From assembly GCF_006345805.1 (NCBI RefSeq), contig NC_043004.1, forward strand, positions 86,366,001 to 86,430,000: a DNA stretch of 64,000 nucleotides, in the 5' to 3' direction. The notes beneath the pieces are model-generated. The model saw nothing but the letters and a program-made list of their open reading frames with translations. It did no database searches and was not told the DNA's origin. Shown in pieces: positions 39,807-54,039 of the stretch (within the stretch, counting starts at the first letter, position 1; every line of letters starts with the position of its first letter). Source of the stretch: Octopus sinensis. Taxonomy: Eukaryota. The position numbers were made by a program, and so were the translations under genes.

Positions 39807-40907
39807 TATATATATATATATATATACATGCACACATGCATATTTATGTATATAAATATATAAACATACATAAACGTCATCATTTAACATGCACTTTGCC
39901 ACTCTTGCATGAGTCACATGGAATTTTCTTAGGCAGATTTCCGATAACAGGATACTCTTCCTGTCACCAACACACACTTGCTTTATAGCATGGTAATATT
40001 TTTCCCATAGCCAGAAAAGTCTTTCACAGAAAACTGGAAACAAACATTGTTGCTTGTATGTGTTGCACATATGTACATATACATACATATATAAAATGCA
40101 CACGCACACATATACGTACTCACACACATACACACACTCATACTTATACATACATTCACATATACACAGGCTTCTTTCAATTTTCATCTACCAAATCCAC
40201 TCACAAAGCTTTGGTCAGCCTGGGGCTATACTAAAAGAACCATGCTCAACGTGCCACACAGAGGAACAAAGAATTGAAATTTTCTGTGTGTATGTGCGCA
40301 CATGTGCATGCGTACACGTGTGTGTGTGAAACACAAAAATATTAAACTACAATTTTAATACCAACAATTTACAGTAATTACCTTTACTTATAAAAAAAAA
40401 GAAGAAAGAAAAAAGAAGAAATTGTAATGGGACTAAACAGACTTCTGGTTATCGTATTGTAAAGTTGGATGAGATAGTATAGTGAATGCTATTATTATGT
40501 TGTGTTAACATTTGAAGCAGAGAGTATCAAAACTTCAATTAGAAATAATTGTGGTGAGGAAAAGACCACATGGGTTCAATGACTAATATTATAGTGATTT
40601 ACAAATAGAAAAATTGCCCTCAGGGTGACTAAATGATGTACAGTTTTCTTTGGCTGACCTCAATAAATTTTGTGTAACCCAGGCCAGTATGGAAAAATGA
40701 ATGTATAAATGATGACAGTGAGGATATAAATTTTATTAAAAAACATGAGTCAGTAGCTTGTTAAACTCATTGTTTTTATACTAACATATAAAGGACACTT
40801 AGACTTAACATTTTCATCTTAAATGATTTAACCAACTTCTTAGGAAGACATAAATATATACATACAGAGTTGTACATATACACATATGCTTGTGTGTATA
40901 TAGACAT

Positions 40908-41282
40908 GGCACTCCATCAGTTACAATGGCGAAGGTTCCAGTTGATCTGATCAACGGAACAGCCTGCTCGTGAAATTAAGGTGCAAGTGGCTGAGCACTC
41001 CACAGACATATGTACCCTTAACGTAGTTCTCGGGGAGATTAAATGTGACAGAGTGTGACAAGGTTGGCACTTGGAAATACAGGTACAACAAAAACAGGAA
41101 GAAAGAGTAAGAGAAAGTTGGGGTGAAAGAGAACAGCAGGGTTCGCCACTACTCCTTGCCAAACCCTCATAGAGCTTTAGGTCTTTTCACTCAATAAACA
41201 CAATGCTCAGTCTGGGAGTCGAAACCCCAATCCTACAACTGCAAGTCCACTACTCTAACTACTGGGCCATTGCGCCTCCACT
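40908..41282 (-). mobile_element. tRNA-derived SINE (further family)
   Basis: Minus-strand head GTGGAGGCGCAATGGCCCAGTAGTTAG...GGTTTCGACTCCC. Confidence 0.7.
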
Positions 41283-41454
41283 TGTGTGTGTGTATGTGTA
41301 TATATATAAAGATATATATATATATAATAATGGGCTCTCCTGTTGTTAGACGAAGTAGGAGGGTTTGACAATTTCTTACCAAACAACCACACAGATGATT
41401 TGTTTATAGTGGTCATATGTTTGTGGACACACATGTTCACTCCCTCCCTCATTT

Positions 41455-41816
41455 TTTCATCTTTCCAGGGTCAATGAAATAAGTACCAGTTGAGCAATGA
41501 GATTGGTGACTTACAGCTCTTCCCCGAAACTGATGGCCTACTTCAAAAATTAAAAACCATCATCATCACCATCGTTTAACGTCCACTTTCCATGCTAGCA
41601 TGGGTTGGACGATTTGACTGAGGTCTGGCAAACCAGATGGCTGCACCAGACCTCAGTCAAAGCGTCCAACCCATGCTAGCATGGAAAACGGACATTAAAC
41701 GATGATGATGGTGGTTTTAAATTTTTGCAGTAGGCCATCAGTTTCAGGGAAGGGCTGTAAGTCACCAATCTCATTGCTCAACTGGTACTTATTTCATTGA
41801 CTCTGGAAAGATGAAA
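41455..41816. repeat. Long inverted repeat (fold-back), ~172-bp arms, 17-nt spacer
   Basis: 41455-41628 is the near reverse complement of 41646-41816. Confidence 0.93.
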
Positions 41817-43033
41817 TTATTATTATACTATAGGTAGGATTGTACAACTGCCATTTCTAACAGACTGAGAGGACCGACAGAAGACTACTCATAAATAGAC
41901 TTCATCACTAAAGTCAACCACTCGACTTTTTTTTTTTTGTCATAGTTAGCCTAATCAACTTGTCAAATATAGTTATTTTGGTTTGCTAATCAATGGCAAT
42001 CTTTTATCAACATTACTATCTTGAGATTAATGTTTCATTTTACATGTTTCCATTTAGCTTTATGTCTGAACCAAGTCACAGTAGTTAATACTTTGATATA
42101 TATCTCTCTCAACTCAAAACCTTTTGGAGGTTGCCCAATCTTTGCAGAGTCTCAGCTAACATCTCACAATGAATGTAACATATTTAATCCACTTTCTTGA
42201 ATTATCTATTCAAAAACTGATTTTCAAATTCCTAATACCATACAAAAAGACAACATTCACACATCTTTCCTGCCAGTTGCTGCAGTCCATCTAACTTTAC
42301 TGCTAATAATTTCATCACACACATACCTCACTTGTATATTATATATTATTTAAAATGGAGAAAAGTCTTCTGTGGAAAAATATTTACCTTGCTTGGAAAC
42401 ATATGAAGGTTGATGACAGAACGGGCATCCAGTCAAAAAAAAAGTCTGCCTCAATAAATTCCATCTGACCCTCTCAAGCATGTAAAGTGGACGTTACAAC
42501 AATGATGATGAATTGCCTCAAGCACAAATAACTAAGTGAAAGCCCCCAAAAAGAGATTTCTAGAATAAAGCTTTGTATACCTGTAGACATTCATCAACAT
42601 TAAATATTTAAAATTTGAGCTGGCTGCTATTAGAAATGGATTTATTACAAACCTGAGCTTAAGCAAATCATTAGCTCACCTACCAGCTGTTACCTGCAAA
42701 TACTAACACTAAAGTATTAGATGAAAAATGTAGCTCGCTGAAAAGACTTAGGCTATGAATGTGGTTACTACTTTGATATGGAAAAATCTGTAGCTTTTTA
42801 TTGATTTAGGATTAAATTCTCAATTATTACATTCTGCATTATGGCGATTTAAAAAAAAGGAAAAAATAATTGTTTGAATAAATACGAAAAAAAAACTTTA
42901 GTGAAATGAGAAATAGTTGTGGTAAAAAGAGAAAAATCATTAAGTCCCAGACATTTTTCAAATTATTTTGTGGTAAAAAAAAAATTTTAAAGTCTCCAAC
43001 ATTTTTCAAATTGCTTTTGTCTCATACATTTAA

Positions 43034-43253
43034 CCCTTTTGTTACTAACCCGGCCAAAACCGGCTCTGGCTCTGTGGTAAAATGTCTTGTTTTCATAAGT
43101 TTTGAATTAAAATCTTCCATCAAACCTTAGTGACAATCTACATTCCTAACACTAGGTTAACGATAACTAAGTTATTTTACTAAATTCTTTATTATATTTA
43201 AAACAATTGAAAGAAACACAGAGCATCTCAAAATAAATACAGTAACGAAAGAG
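43034..43253. mobile_element. piggyBac MITE (220 bp) with TTAA TSDs
   Basis: TTAA-CCCTTTTGTTAC...GTAACGAAAGAG-TTAA; ends match the 58105-59146 element. Confidence 0.85.
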
Positions 43254-43673
43254 TTAATCAGGTCAATTACAGGCTCAGTAACTTCCTTAACACTGACAAT
43301 AATGTTTTCTCACAATAGCATGACTGCAAATTTGGTAAAAAGTTGACACTTGATGACACGGACTTCATCATCATCATCATTTATAACATCCACTTTTCTA
43401 TGCTTGCATGGATCAGACAGACTTTATTGATGCAGTATTCAGCTAGATGACCACCTTAATAAATCCTTTCTACTTTAGGCAAAAGACTTGAAATTTTGAA
43501 GGTGGTGACTAGTTGATTTCATCCACCCCAGTGCTCAACTGGTACTTATTTCATCAACTCCAAAATAATAATAATAATTATTATTATTATTATTATTAAG
43601 GTGTCGAGCTGGGCAAAATGTTTAGTAGCATTTCGTCCTTTTGGAGTTAATGAAATATTATTATTATTATTAT

Positions 43674-44062
43674 AGACGTCACACAGTATACAATATCATA
43701 AGGTTGTAGATTGAAGATATTGTGTCTACCAGGGTTTGTACTGTTTGTCAAGTCACAACAAGGACCTCAACGCAATATGTGTGCAGTTCCAAGTAATGCC
43801 AACTTTTGCAATACACCTAAATTGTAGGGTATCTCAAAGGTTTTCAGATTTTTTTTTTTTTAGATTGGGTGGTACTGAACCCAATGCTCCGAGGACAATA
43901 GGGATAACCTTTATGTTCGGCTCGTGTAGCTGCCACATCTTAGCAATCTTAATTCTCAAGTCTCCATATTTATCAACTTTTTCTCTTTCTTTCATGATGA
44001 TATGTTGATCTCCTGGCCCTGCTACGTCGATTATTAGGCACTCTTGTTTGTCCTTCCTAAAA
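43674..44062 (-). mobile_element. R4/Dong-clade non-LTR retrotransposon 3' fragment (restriction-like endonuclease C-terminus)
   Basis: CLIIDVAGPGDQHIIMKEREKVDKYGDLRIKIAKMW...VIPIVLGALGSVP; after a frameshift in an A run, LQKLALLGTAHILR*; short 3' UTR abuts (TAA)n. Confidence 0.8.
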
Positions 44063-44071
44063 GTTGTTGTT

Positions 44072-44524
44072 GGCGGCGAGCTGGCAGAACCGTTAGCACG
44101 CCGGGCAAAATGCTTAGCGGTATTTCGTCCGCCGTCACGTTCTGAGTTCAAATTCCGCCGAGGTCAACTTTGCCTTTCATCCTTTCGGGGTCGATAAATT
44201 AAGCACCAGTTACGCACTGGGGACGATGTAATCGACTTAATCCATTTGTCTGTCCTTGTTTGTCCTCTCTGTGTTTAGCTCCTTGTGGGTAGTAAAGAAA
44301 TAATTATTATTATCATTATTGTTATTATTATTATTAAGGTGGCGAGCTGGCAGAATAGTTAGCACACTGGGCAAAATGCTTGGTAGTATTTTGTCTGTCT
44401 TCACATTCTGAGTTCAAATTCCACCAAGGTCAACTTTGCCTCTCATCCTTTCAGGGTCAATAAATTAAGTACCAGTGAAACACTGGTATCAATGTAATTG
44501 ACTAGTACCTTTAGTAGAAAGAAT
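44072..44524 (+). mobile_element. Two tandem tRNA-derived SINEs separated by (TTA)n
   Basis: GGCGAGCTGGCAGAA heads at 44072 and ~44338; GAGTTCAAATTCC B boxes. Confidence 0.88.
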
Positions 44525-47500
44525 TGTTATTATTATTATTATTGTTATTATTATTATTATTATTATTATTGTTGTTATTATTAAGAAGGCAGCAAGCTGG
44601 CAGAATTGAGAGGAATTCTTTGGGGTTTGAATAATTCACCTCTGGAAACAATAGTGTTTCATTCAACATCCTTAAACAACGCTTATTCAAGGACGTTTTG
44701 AGTGGCATGGGCTACTCGACCAGAAGAAAATTCTAACTAGGCTCCACCTGCAAGGTCATGCGCTATTTATCTTGATATGAAATCACCATGTCACACACAT
44801 ATGGTTGTAATTATGTGCCTGGTGTACCCATATCAGATGGGTAAACATGATGAGTATACTGGGCTTTGTATATTTGTACCCCAGTGTCACTTTGATGGTA
44901 TGCACTGCTCTCTCACTCAATAATAATAATTCAGTGGGCATGTTAAAAAAAGGCATATGTTTTAATCAACACTGCATACACAATATAGAGCAACATACAC
45001 CCGCGAGATAGATAGTTGACGGAGAAGAGATTAGTTACACAGTAAAGCATCTATTAAATAATAATCCGTTTGTAAAATTTGTTGGAAAAACTGGGAATGG
45101 GCAACTGGTATTTATTTTATCAACCTCAGAGAGAAGTCAACCCAATTCTGAATATAATGGCATCAATTTAAATAGTGTGAGGCTCTGATCTGGCAGGTGA
45201 CTTCTAAGACAAATTGCAAATTTAAGATTCTCACTCCAGACAGCACCTTCAGTATGGCTGTATGGTTAAGAAGCATGCTTCCTAACTATACGGTCTGAGT
45301 TCAGTCCCACCGCATGGAATCTTGGACAAGTGTCTCCTACTATAGCCTCAGGTTTACCAAAGACATGTGAGTGAATTTGGCAGATAGAAACTGAAAGAAG
45401 CCTGTTGTGTGTATGTGTATACATAACCATACATACATACACACAGAGGATGTGTTGTATATGTACCAGAATGAAAAATGCAGGTGCAAAATCCTAGAAT
45501 ATTTTTTTGTATTAAACCTGGAAAAGTACAGGACAAGAATAAACAAAAAACTTGAAATACTTAAAAAAACTTAAAAAGTTAGAATTTAAAAACTATGATA
45601 ATAATAAATGCCCTTTTGTAGTTTTATTTTTATTGAAAAGTTTAAATTAAAATATTCAAGAATCTATTTATTTTCAATTTTAGTGAAAAGACTAATTGCC
45701 TCCAAGTTAGCACATCAAAAATTTAATTTTTCAAATTTATATACTTAAAAAAATCACATAAAAGCAATTTAAGTAAAATTGATAATTATAACTCCTAAGT
45801 TTTTTTAAAGAGCAAGAGAATTGCTTCTTCATTTTGCACTCAACTTTTCATTAGCTACAATTTTTAAAATATTTTTCTAACTGTAAATAGAAAATACTTT
45901 ATTTCATAATGCAAACTTTAAAGAAATTAATTCTTTTGTTTACTCTTTTACTTGTTTCAGTCATTTGACTACAGCCATGCTGGAGCACTGCCTTTTAGTC
46001 AAGCAAATTGCCCCCAGGACTTATTCTTTGGAAGCCTAGTAGGTTTGTTAAGAAAATAAATTTTAAAATAATAGTAAAAATAAAACATTTTAGCTTAATG
46101 CAAAGGGATTTTTAAACCCAAAATATTAACTTGATTTTTTCTTTTTTAAATTCGCAATAAAAACACCCAAAAACAAAAAGGTACACATACTATTTGATGA
46201 ACAATTTCAGAAATTTATTTAGCAAATTCTAATTTCAGCAGCAATATTTTAAGTTTTCTCTCTCTTTTTTTTTTTTTTAGTCTTTGCCCTGTACTTTTCT
46301 AAGCAGAATTCTTTACCATTGAAAGTGACCATATCTGGCCCAATTGCTATATTTGTTTTATGTTCAAACCAGTAAGGTCTGGCCTCTTATACCTAACTAT
46401 TCATAAAAGAGACATCAGGTAACAAATTACCAGTTATGTTAATGCAGAGTCAAACCTCAATGGTATGGTGCTTTACACTACCTGCCAATATTACACTAAC
46501 CCCATTCTTGTTAGGATTCCAGGTTTCAAGTAGACATGCGACTTCTAATGTAAAACGTAAGTCACTGGAGCAAAGAAAGTAATTTGACAGTTCACTTGTT
46601 CAATCTCTCTCTCTTATGACCTAAGCAATATTTAATGTCTCATATGCACCAATGAGCTTTTAAAAACTCGTAGCTGAGCTCCAGATTTGAATGTGAGCAG
46701 TAAATTTGAAAGTTTAAAAGAGGAAAAACATATCTTTGATCATTTATATTAATTTGATATGAGCAGAAAAAGAAAAAAGCATGTATGTGTAAAAAAAAAA
46801 AAGAAAAATTTACATTTCTTTTTTTTTTTTCATAGCTCAGAAAAGAAAAGTAACACCAGATTAGCAATGATTTATGATGAGAATTTGAGAGTGAACACAC
46901 ATGTAAAATATCTTGCCCAAAGTTACAAAACCCATGTCAAGGTATGAACTCGTAACCAACAGTTCTTTACCCTCTTCATTTATTCTTTTATGTAAAAAAA
47001 AAAATTAGTTTCCAATTATCAACAGCCAAGTCTTTTAATATACTGAAGGATTAGTAAATAAACAAGTAAACAATCATCCGATTTCTCACCCTACTTCTCT
47101 GTGAGGTAGTGACAGCTATTATTCTGAAAGGCTGCCAATCAACTATTACACCTGTCTCGTGAGTCAAATAGTTTATTTACTAATCAGCTAGTACAAAAAA
47201 AAAAATGGCTGACAAAAGTAGGAGAGTACCAAAACAAACATCGTTAAAAAAAACCAAGATAGGTATATTCCACATGAACCCATATATGTTAAATCACAAA
47301 ATATTATGCCAATTATCTACCTATATGCATAATCCCTCACATGAAATACAGTTAAAAAAAAACACAAAAAGTTTTTAAAAGTAGCCACAAAAAGCATAAT
47401 GGAGAATGTGAGTGGCGTTTAGTGAGCAAAAGTATAATTAATTAAAAGTCAGTAGAATCAGCAAAGAAACAAGTTCTATTCCACAGAATTCTGGCAAAAA

Positions 47501-50045
47501 AAAGATTAACCTTTGCATCGTCATATTCAATAGATTTCTTTTCAAAATTCTTTGAGCCTGTCGGTTCATTTTTTTTCAGTAGCTGCATTAAGAAAATATA
47601 ATAAAAACAAACAAACAAAAATAAACAAATTAAAAGACAACGTAAAAAACTTTTCAAAGCTTATGTTTTGGAATGGTAACTCAGTTGCCTGCGATATTCA
47701 TAATCAACTACTCCACAAGCTTCATCACATTCTGTTTACATATTTTACTTCAGTAATCCAATGAATAGCAGACACGTAACACACCAACAAGCTGGTTGTA
47801 TTTTCCATCTGAGAACAATACACAATAATCAATTTTCCTGCCTAGTTTTATAGCCATATAAGTCTAGATTTTAAATTACATAACTGTGACATTTATAAAC
47901 ATATTGAGTTACTATAGTGTGTGTTTGGATGGAATAGTCTTGCAAATTATTTGTTGGCAATAGTTCCAACAGATGTGTACCTATATTTGAGGGGTTAAGT
48001 ACTAAGTACTTCTAGAACACATTGAGAATGTTCTGTGAATGTGTGTGTGTGTATTTGTGCAAGTGTATGGTAAGGATTTTGCTTCCTAACTGCATGGTTT
48101 CGGTTTCACTGTGTGGCACCTCAGTCTTTGGCCCCAGGCTGACCAAAGCCTCATGAGTGGATCTGGTAGATGGAAACTGAAACCCATCATATACAGGGTG
48201 GGGCAGAGAGGGCGGACACTTTTGAAATGGCTATTACTCAGCCCCAGGGTGAAGGACATATGTCCGACAGGTACCATTCAGTCCATGGTGCCTTAGCAAT
48301 TTTTTTTATTTTCAGGTGAAGCCATAGCGCTGTAGATAATAAAGCATCATGTGTTTGCCTACAACAGTTATATAAAGAATAACAAGTCTGTCACAGCAGT
48401 TCAGCCTGTATCGCATAGGTGATTGGTCAAATGATCATGAGTAGTCCTTAGCTTTGGACATCCTAAACACCTGTCTAGTTGAATACTTTATTGAACATTC
48501 TAACATATGGTGGCAATGTGAGCATATTATATTCTATCTAATGTCCATGCTGCATATCTGCCTTGATTGATAATGACTGACTTTGGGCACCCATGACAAT
48601 CCAATATATCTAGAACCATATTGTCAAATTTAACTTTTTTTAAAGTTAATGAAACTGTGATTTGAGGGTATTTGCTGCTATTTTAGTAGGTTGATTAAAC
48701 ATATAGAGCAGTGGTGTCAAACCTGTTTCACTTTGTGAGTCATGGCCAGATAAGGAGAATTGTTCCTTAAACTGGTTTCATTATGTAGCCCAAAGTAAAT
48801 GGATAAAGGAGTCAAAATGTGTTAATAACAACTTTATTAGTTGAACGATGATGATGATGAAAGAAAGGAAATAATGGATGTTTGCAAAGCTTGCGTACAG
48901 AGATATGTATGGGTTAAAACCTCTCCCACATATATAAACGCACACACACATATGTGTGTGTGTGGCTAGCGATCTATCATAGTATTATAATCCCTTACAA
49001 AACCATTTTTCCAAATTTTAAGCCCCAAAAATTAGGGGGTTCCTTATACACGTTAAAATACGGTAATCTATATTAAAATTTCCAATTGAAATTTCATGTT
49101 AATCTTATGTTCCAAAAATCAACTTAATAATGACAAATTATTTTACTGACTTCTTTATTATTTTCTAAATTAATTGAAATGAAGAGGATGTATTTTAATG
49201 GAAATAAGGTAACAAACAAGTTAACACTGCGTGCCTTTCCTGTCAAGAAAGAAAAATATTAAGCTTTTTTTCTCTTTCTAAATATATCTTATATATATAT
49301 ATGATACAACTGGACACATCATGGTGTTACATTAGATAATTGGGAGTTCTGGGATCTTTCAAACAACCACCCATCTCATCCAGGTGGGATCAATCAAGCC
49401 CTGGCTTCTGTCCAGATGGCACTATTTCAGCCACAGCACTCTTCTTACTGATCCACAGCCACCATGAAGTAGGTTATAAAATGAAATCTAACAAGAATAT
49501 GATAATAAACTTAGCACCTGTCACAGAAGCAACACAACAAAAAAGAAAACGTCTAATTATAGTGAATAATGGTCACCATCCAATGAACAATAATACATCA
49601 ATATGACTTTGAATTATCTTGTGATATACCAGTGAAAAATAAATTTACTACAGTTTTCACAGACCTGGATTAATGAGAGCATGTGATTGAAGCCATGAAT
49701 TGCAATGAAAGGACTCTGACAAATCAGTTGATTGATTGATTTATTGACCAAATTATTAATCAAGCAATCAATTAGTTAACTGGTTAATTGGTTAACTAGC
49801 TGACTCGTAATAATTCTTTCTAATGTTGGCTCAAGGCTAACAAGTTTGAGAGGAGGAAGATGCAAATCAATTACACGGAACCCAGTACTTGATTGGCCAT
49901 TATTTTACCGGCTCTGAAAGGATGATATGCAAAGTTGACCTTGATAGGATTTGAACTCAGAATGTAAAGAACTGGAGGAAATGCCACTAAGCACTTCACC
50001 CAAGACACAAACATATCTGCTAAGTCACCAACTTATTTATTATTA

Positions 50046-50404
50046 TTACTTCCACCTTAGCAAAGGCAGAGGTATTGCTTTCAGCCGTGTTTGTTTGTGG
50101 ACAAGATACCTCAAGAACTACTGGATGGATTCGGATGAAACTTTCAGGGACGTTTGGCCTCATGACTGGCATGAACTGATTAGATTTTGGGATCGATCCG
50201 GTACTGGACAAGGGTTTGGGATAATTTTTCTTGTTTTTTTTACTTAATTTTTGAGAGCAGTCAGGTTCACTTTTAGTATTCTCGTTTGTGAGAGCAGTCA
50301 AGTTTATTTCAGAAATTCTCATTTTAAAAATCATTTCAGGCTAATCATTGAGAGGACATTGGTGTTGCCTTGGCGGAGGTTTGCGCCCTCTGAGTGCTCT
50401 TGTT
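50046..50404 (+). mobile_element. Helentron/DINE-like non-autonomous element
   Basis: 5' hairpin ACTTCCACCTT-AGC-AAAGGCAGAGGT, TGTT repeats, 3' CCTTGGCGGAGGT, end CTCTTGTT; homologous to 3633-4003. Confidence 0.68.
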
Positions 50405-50870
50405 ATTATTGAAGACAGGCACTTTCTTACCTGGCCAAACACATCAATTTCTTCAAATATCATTTGAAGAGGAAACGGAGGGTAGAGAGGGAGGTGCTGT
50501 ATTCTAGAATGTTTATCAAAAGGTGGTCAACAGTGGCAACATTGATTAGACTGAATGATCTATTCAAGATATAATTTTCTAAGAAGGAAGAAAGAAACTG
50601 GAAGAGGGCACTTCCCATGCCTTGGGAATGGCAGAGTAATCCAAGACTTTTACATGGAGTTCACTCCAAATTACTCAAAGAGGATTCTTTTTATATATTT
50701 CTTAATTATTTATTCCTCTAACTTCTATTTATATATCTTTTGTCATATCCTTTAATGTTGCAGTGTCTCCCTTTGATTGATGTAAACCCCACATGTTTTG
50801 TGTGTTACATCTTGTCCTCCATGTATTGGGCCCTTGCAACCAATAAAAGAAATTTTATTATTATTATTAT

Positions 50871-51329
50871 TGAGTGAGAGAGCAATTCATGCCATCAAAG
50901 TGACACTGGGGTATGAAACCCAATATACCCACCATGACTACCTGTCTGATAAGGGTACACCAGGCACATTCACCACAACCATATCTACATGACATAGTGA
51001 TCTCATATCAAGATAAAGAGCGCATGATCTTGCAAGTGGAGTCCAGAATTTTCTTCGGACTGAGCAACCCATCCAGTTCAATAGGTCCCTGAATAAAGTT
51101 TAAGAATGATGAATGAAACACCCATGTTTCCAGATGTAAATTATTCAAGCCCCAAAGAATTCCTCTCGACACATGGCTATGATATTCCCCCGACTACTCC
51201 TGCTCATGATCAGAGGTGCACATATCATCAGCCACTAAGGGATGCACTCAATTGGTGAAGGTCAAGCAACTGACAAGCAAATCCGTGGTATTGAGCAGAA
51301 TATTTGCTGTAGCCCACTTTTTATACCAA
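50871..51329 (-). mobile_element. 5'-truncated copy of the 2791-3349 repeat, flanked on both sides by (TAA/TTA)n
   Basis: Reverse-complement match to ~2877-3349. Confidence 0.8.
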
Positions 51330-51345
51330 TTATTATTATTAGTTC

Positions 51346-51385
<40 letters not shown>

Positions 51386-51832
51386 TGAACTAGAACCAGT
51401 GCATGTGTTTTCTTATTGGCAAAAATGACCCTCCCAAGACACAACAACATTGGTCTCAACACATGATTTCACATCAAGAATCTTACAAAACAAATGCATA
51501 AATGAAATATTATGTCATAATGTTCAAAGAATCACTACTCTGACTTTACCAACCATTTGACATGGAGCAAACAACAAAACTATACATTAACATTGATTGA
51601 CTACTGAAAACCTTTTAGCCTACACCAAAATAAATCAATACAAGTAGAAGAAACCAGAACTAGATAAAAGTGTAACATTAATAAATAACTGTCTTCTTCA
51701 TATTTTTCTATTATTTTTTATTTCCTAAATCAATTTTAATATTTTATCTTCCTCCTTCATATTTATTTTCTCTTTGTGAAAATAGTATAGATAAATAACC
51801 AACTGTTAATAAAGCTCTCTTCCAATACAGAT

Positions 51833-51871
<39 letters not shown>

Positions 51872-52054
51872 GGTGTGGCTTTGTAGTTAAAAAGCTAGCT
51901 TCCCCAAACATGTGGTCTTCAGTTCAGTCCCTCAATGTGACCCCTTGCGCAAAGCCTTGTGAATGGATTTGGTAGAAAGAAATTGTAAGAAACTAATTTT
52001 AATGAATGAATGAATGTATATATAAAGCACCCTGCCATAGAAACTATGCCAAAT

Positions 52055-52288
52055 TGGAAAAGGCGGCAAGCTGGCAGAAACGTTAGAACGTCAGGCGAAA
52101 TGCTTAGTGGTATTTCGTCTGCCGCTATGTTCTGAGTTCGAATTCCGAGGTCGACTTTGCCTTTCATCCTTTCGGAGTTGATAAATTAAGTACCAATTAC
52201 ACACTGAGGTCGATGTAAACGACTTAATCCGTTTGTCTATCCTTGTTTGTCCCCTCTATGCTTAGCCCTTGTGGGCAATAAAGAAATA
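52055..52288 (+). mobile_element. tRNA SINE with 16-bp TSD, inserted into an RTE-type tail
   Basis: AGAAACTATGCCAAAT at 52039-52054 and 52289-52304. Confidence 0.88.
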
Positions 52289-52410
52289 AGAAACTATGCC
52301 AAATCAAACTGGAGTCTGGTGCAGCCCCTCAGTTTGCCAGCCCTGGTCAAACCATCTAACCTGTGCCCACATGGACAACGGACATTAAAAGCTGATGATG
52401 ACAATGATAT

Positions 52411-52709
52411 CAGGGCTGTGGAGTCAAAACAAAAAAACTTTGACTCCGACTTCTCTACTGTTGGCACCTCCAACTCCGACTTCAACTGACTCCTCTTTAC
52501 GTAATTAAGTGATCGTGGTCTACATATCTCATAAAGCATTTGCATACATTTGTACTTTGAGTAGGTCTATTATTTTATAACTGGTTTATATTAAAGAATA
52601 AAGATATTGTGAGTTGGAGTCAGAGTCAACATAGTTTTACCGACTCTGACTTCAGCTACCCCTTAATAGTTTCCAACTTTGACTCCATGACTCAAACTCC
52701 ACAGCCCTG
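52411..52709. mobile_element. hAT-like MITE
   Basis: Perfect 14-bp TIR CAGGGCTGTGGAGT/ACTCCACAGCCCTG, subterminal GACTCC repeats, imperfect 8-bp TSD aatgatat/gatgagat. Confidence 0.82.
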
Positions 52710-53342
52710 GATGAGATATGCATGTGTGTGTGTGCGCATTTGCCCTTATCTACACATCACATGATGGCTGTAAATGAGCATCATCATCATCACTGTACAT
52801 CCAAGGTTGTTTGTTTCCAGTCTTCCATGAAAAAAGCATCTATCTAAAAGGAAAATATTACCTTGCTCAGAAACAAGTGAGGGTTGGTGACAGGAAGGGC
52901 ATCCAGCCATAGAAAATCTACCTCAACAAATTCCATCTGACCCATGCAAGCATGGAAAAGTGGATGTTAAATGACAAATGAATGACTGGATATTAAAATA
53001 CGTGGCTGGTCAGTGTGCAGCAGGAGTTTAAGAAGTCAAGTAGGACTACAACTTGATGGGTGAAAATACCCTTTAATCTACAGAGGTTAAAGACAGAATT
53101 TTGGTATATTTTCAACTAAATCTTCAGTTATGTCTGGCATTTTATTTGTTATATAAATGCCCTCTATCAACTATCCATTGCTATAATTCTAAATTATTTA
53201 GCTCATAACACTGTCATACCTGGAAATATTGTTTATAAAAAGTTAGCATTTTTATGTGCTTCTATTATTTATAGTAAACAACATTTAGTCAGTTCAGTTG
53301 CCAATGTGCTGAGCTGGGAGCCAATGAATCAATTTCCTACTA

Positions 53343-53777
53343 CAGGTCGTCGTTGACTTACAACCTATCCGACTTGACGATTGGCATGCCAGCTCCTGGT
53401 AGCAATAATAATAGTCCAGTCAAACTCTAATGGGTTTAATTTCTTAGGAATTAACCCGTCTGCAGATGATACCAGCTAACAAACACTTCCCCTAGGTTTG
53501 GTTATTGATCACCACTGTGGTTATCCCAACTGTTGGATGAATACCCTGTCAGGGAGACATTGAGGCAACCTCATTTGTTTATAAGATGACTGCTCAAGAC
53601 TCCAAAATTTTTTACTAACACCAGTATAATACTATAATACAGAATGCTGTGTGTGACTTTTACCTGAGAATATACCTTACGAATGTAAAAATATAAACAA
53701 AGCTATGTATAGGCCTATAGGCTGACCTATGACTAGTCAGTCGGAACCAATTGTGGTCATAAGTCAGCAATGACCTG
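53343..53777. mobile_element. Tc1/mariner (Tigger/pogo-like) MITE
   Basis: TA-CAGGTCGTCGTTGACTTACAACC...GGTCATAAGTCAGCAATGACCTG-TA (18/23 TIR match, TA TSD). Confidence 0.75.
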
Positions 53778-54039
53778 TATATATATCCTGCTTTTAGATC
53801 TACAAATGAATAAAGGAGCATCAACATGGTCACTTTATTTGCTAGAAATAGCAACCAAATCACCCTCAACATGCACTCTACAATCTTGAAAAAGGAAGGA
53901 CCATGTTATATAACATAATCCAACACACACCTATGCTTAGAGAAAATATACGATAGTCATAGCAGGAATACCTTTAATTAGACATCTGTTCAATCTTGGA
54001 CAATTTGGAGCTTAACAAAATTCATTGCAGTATTGTATG

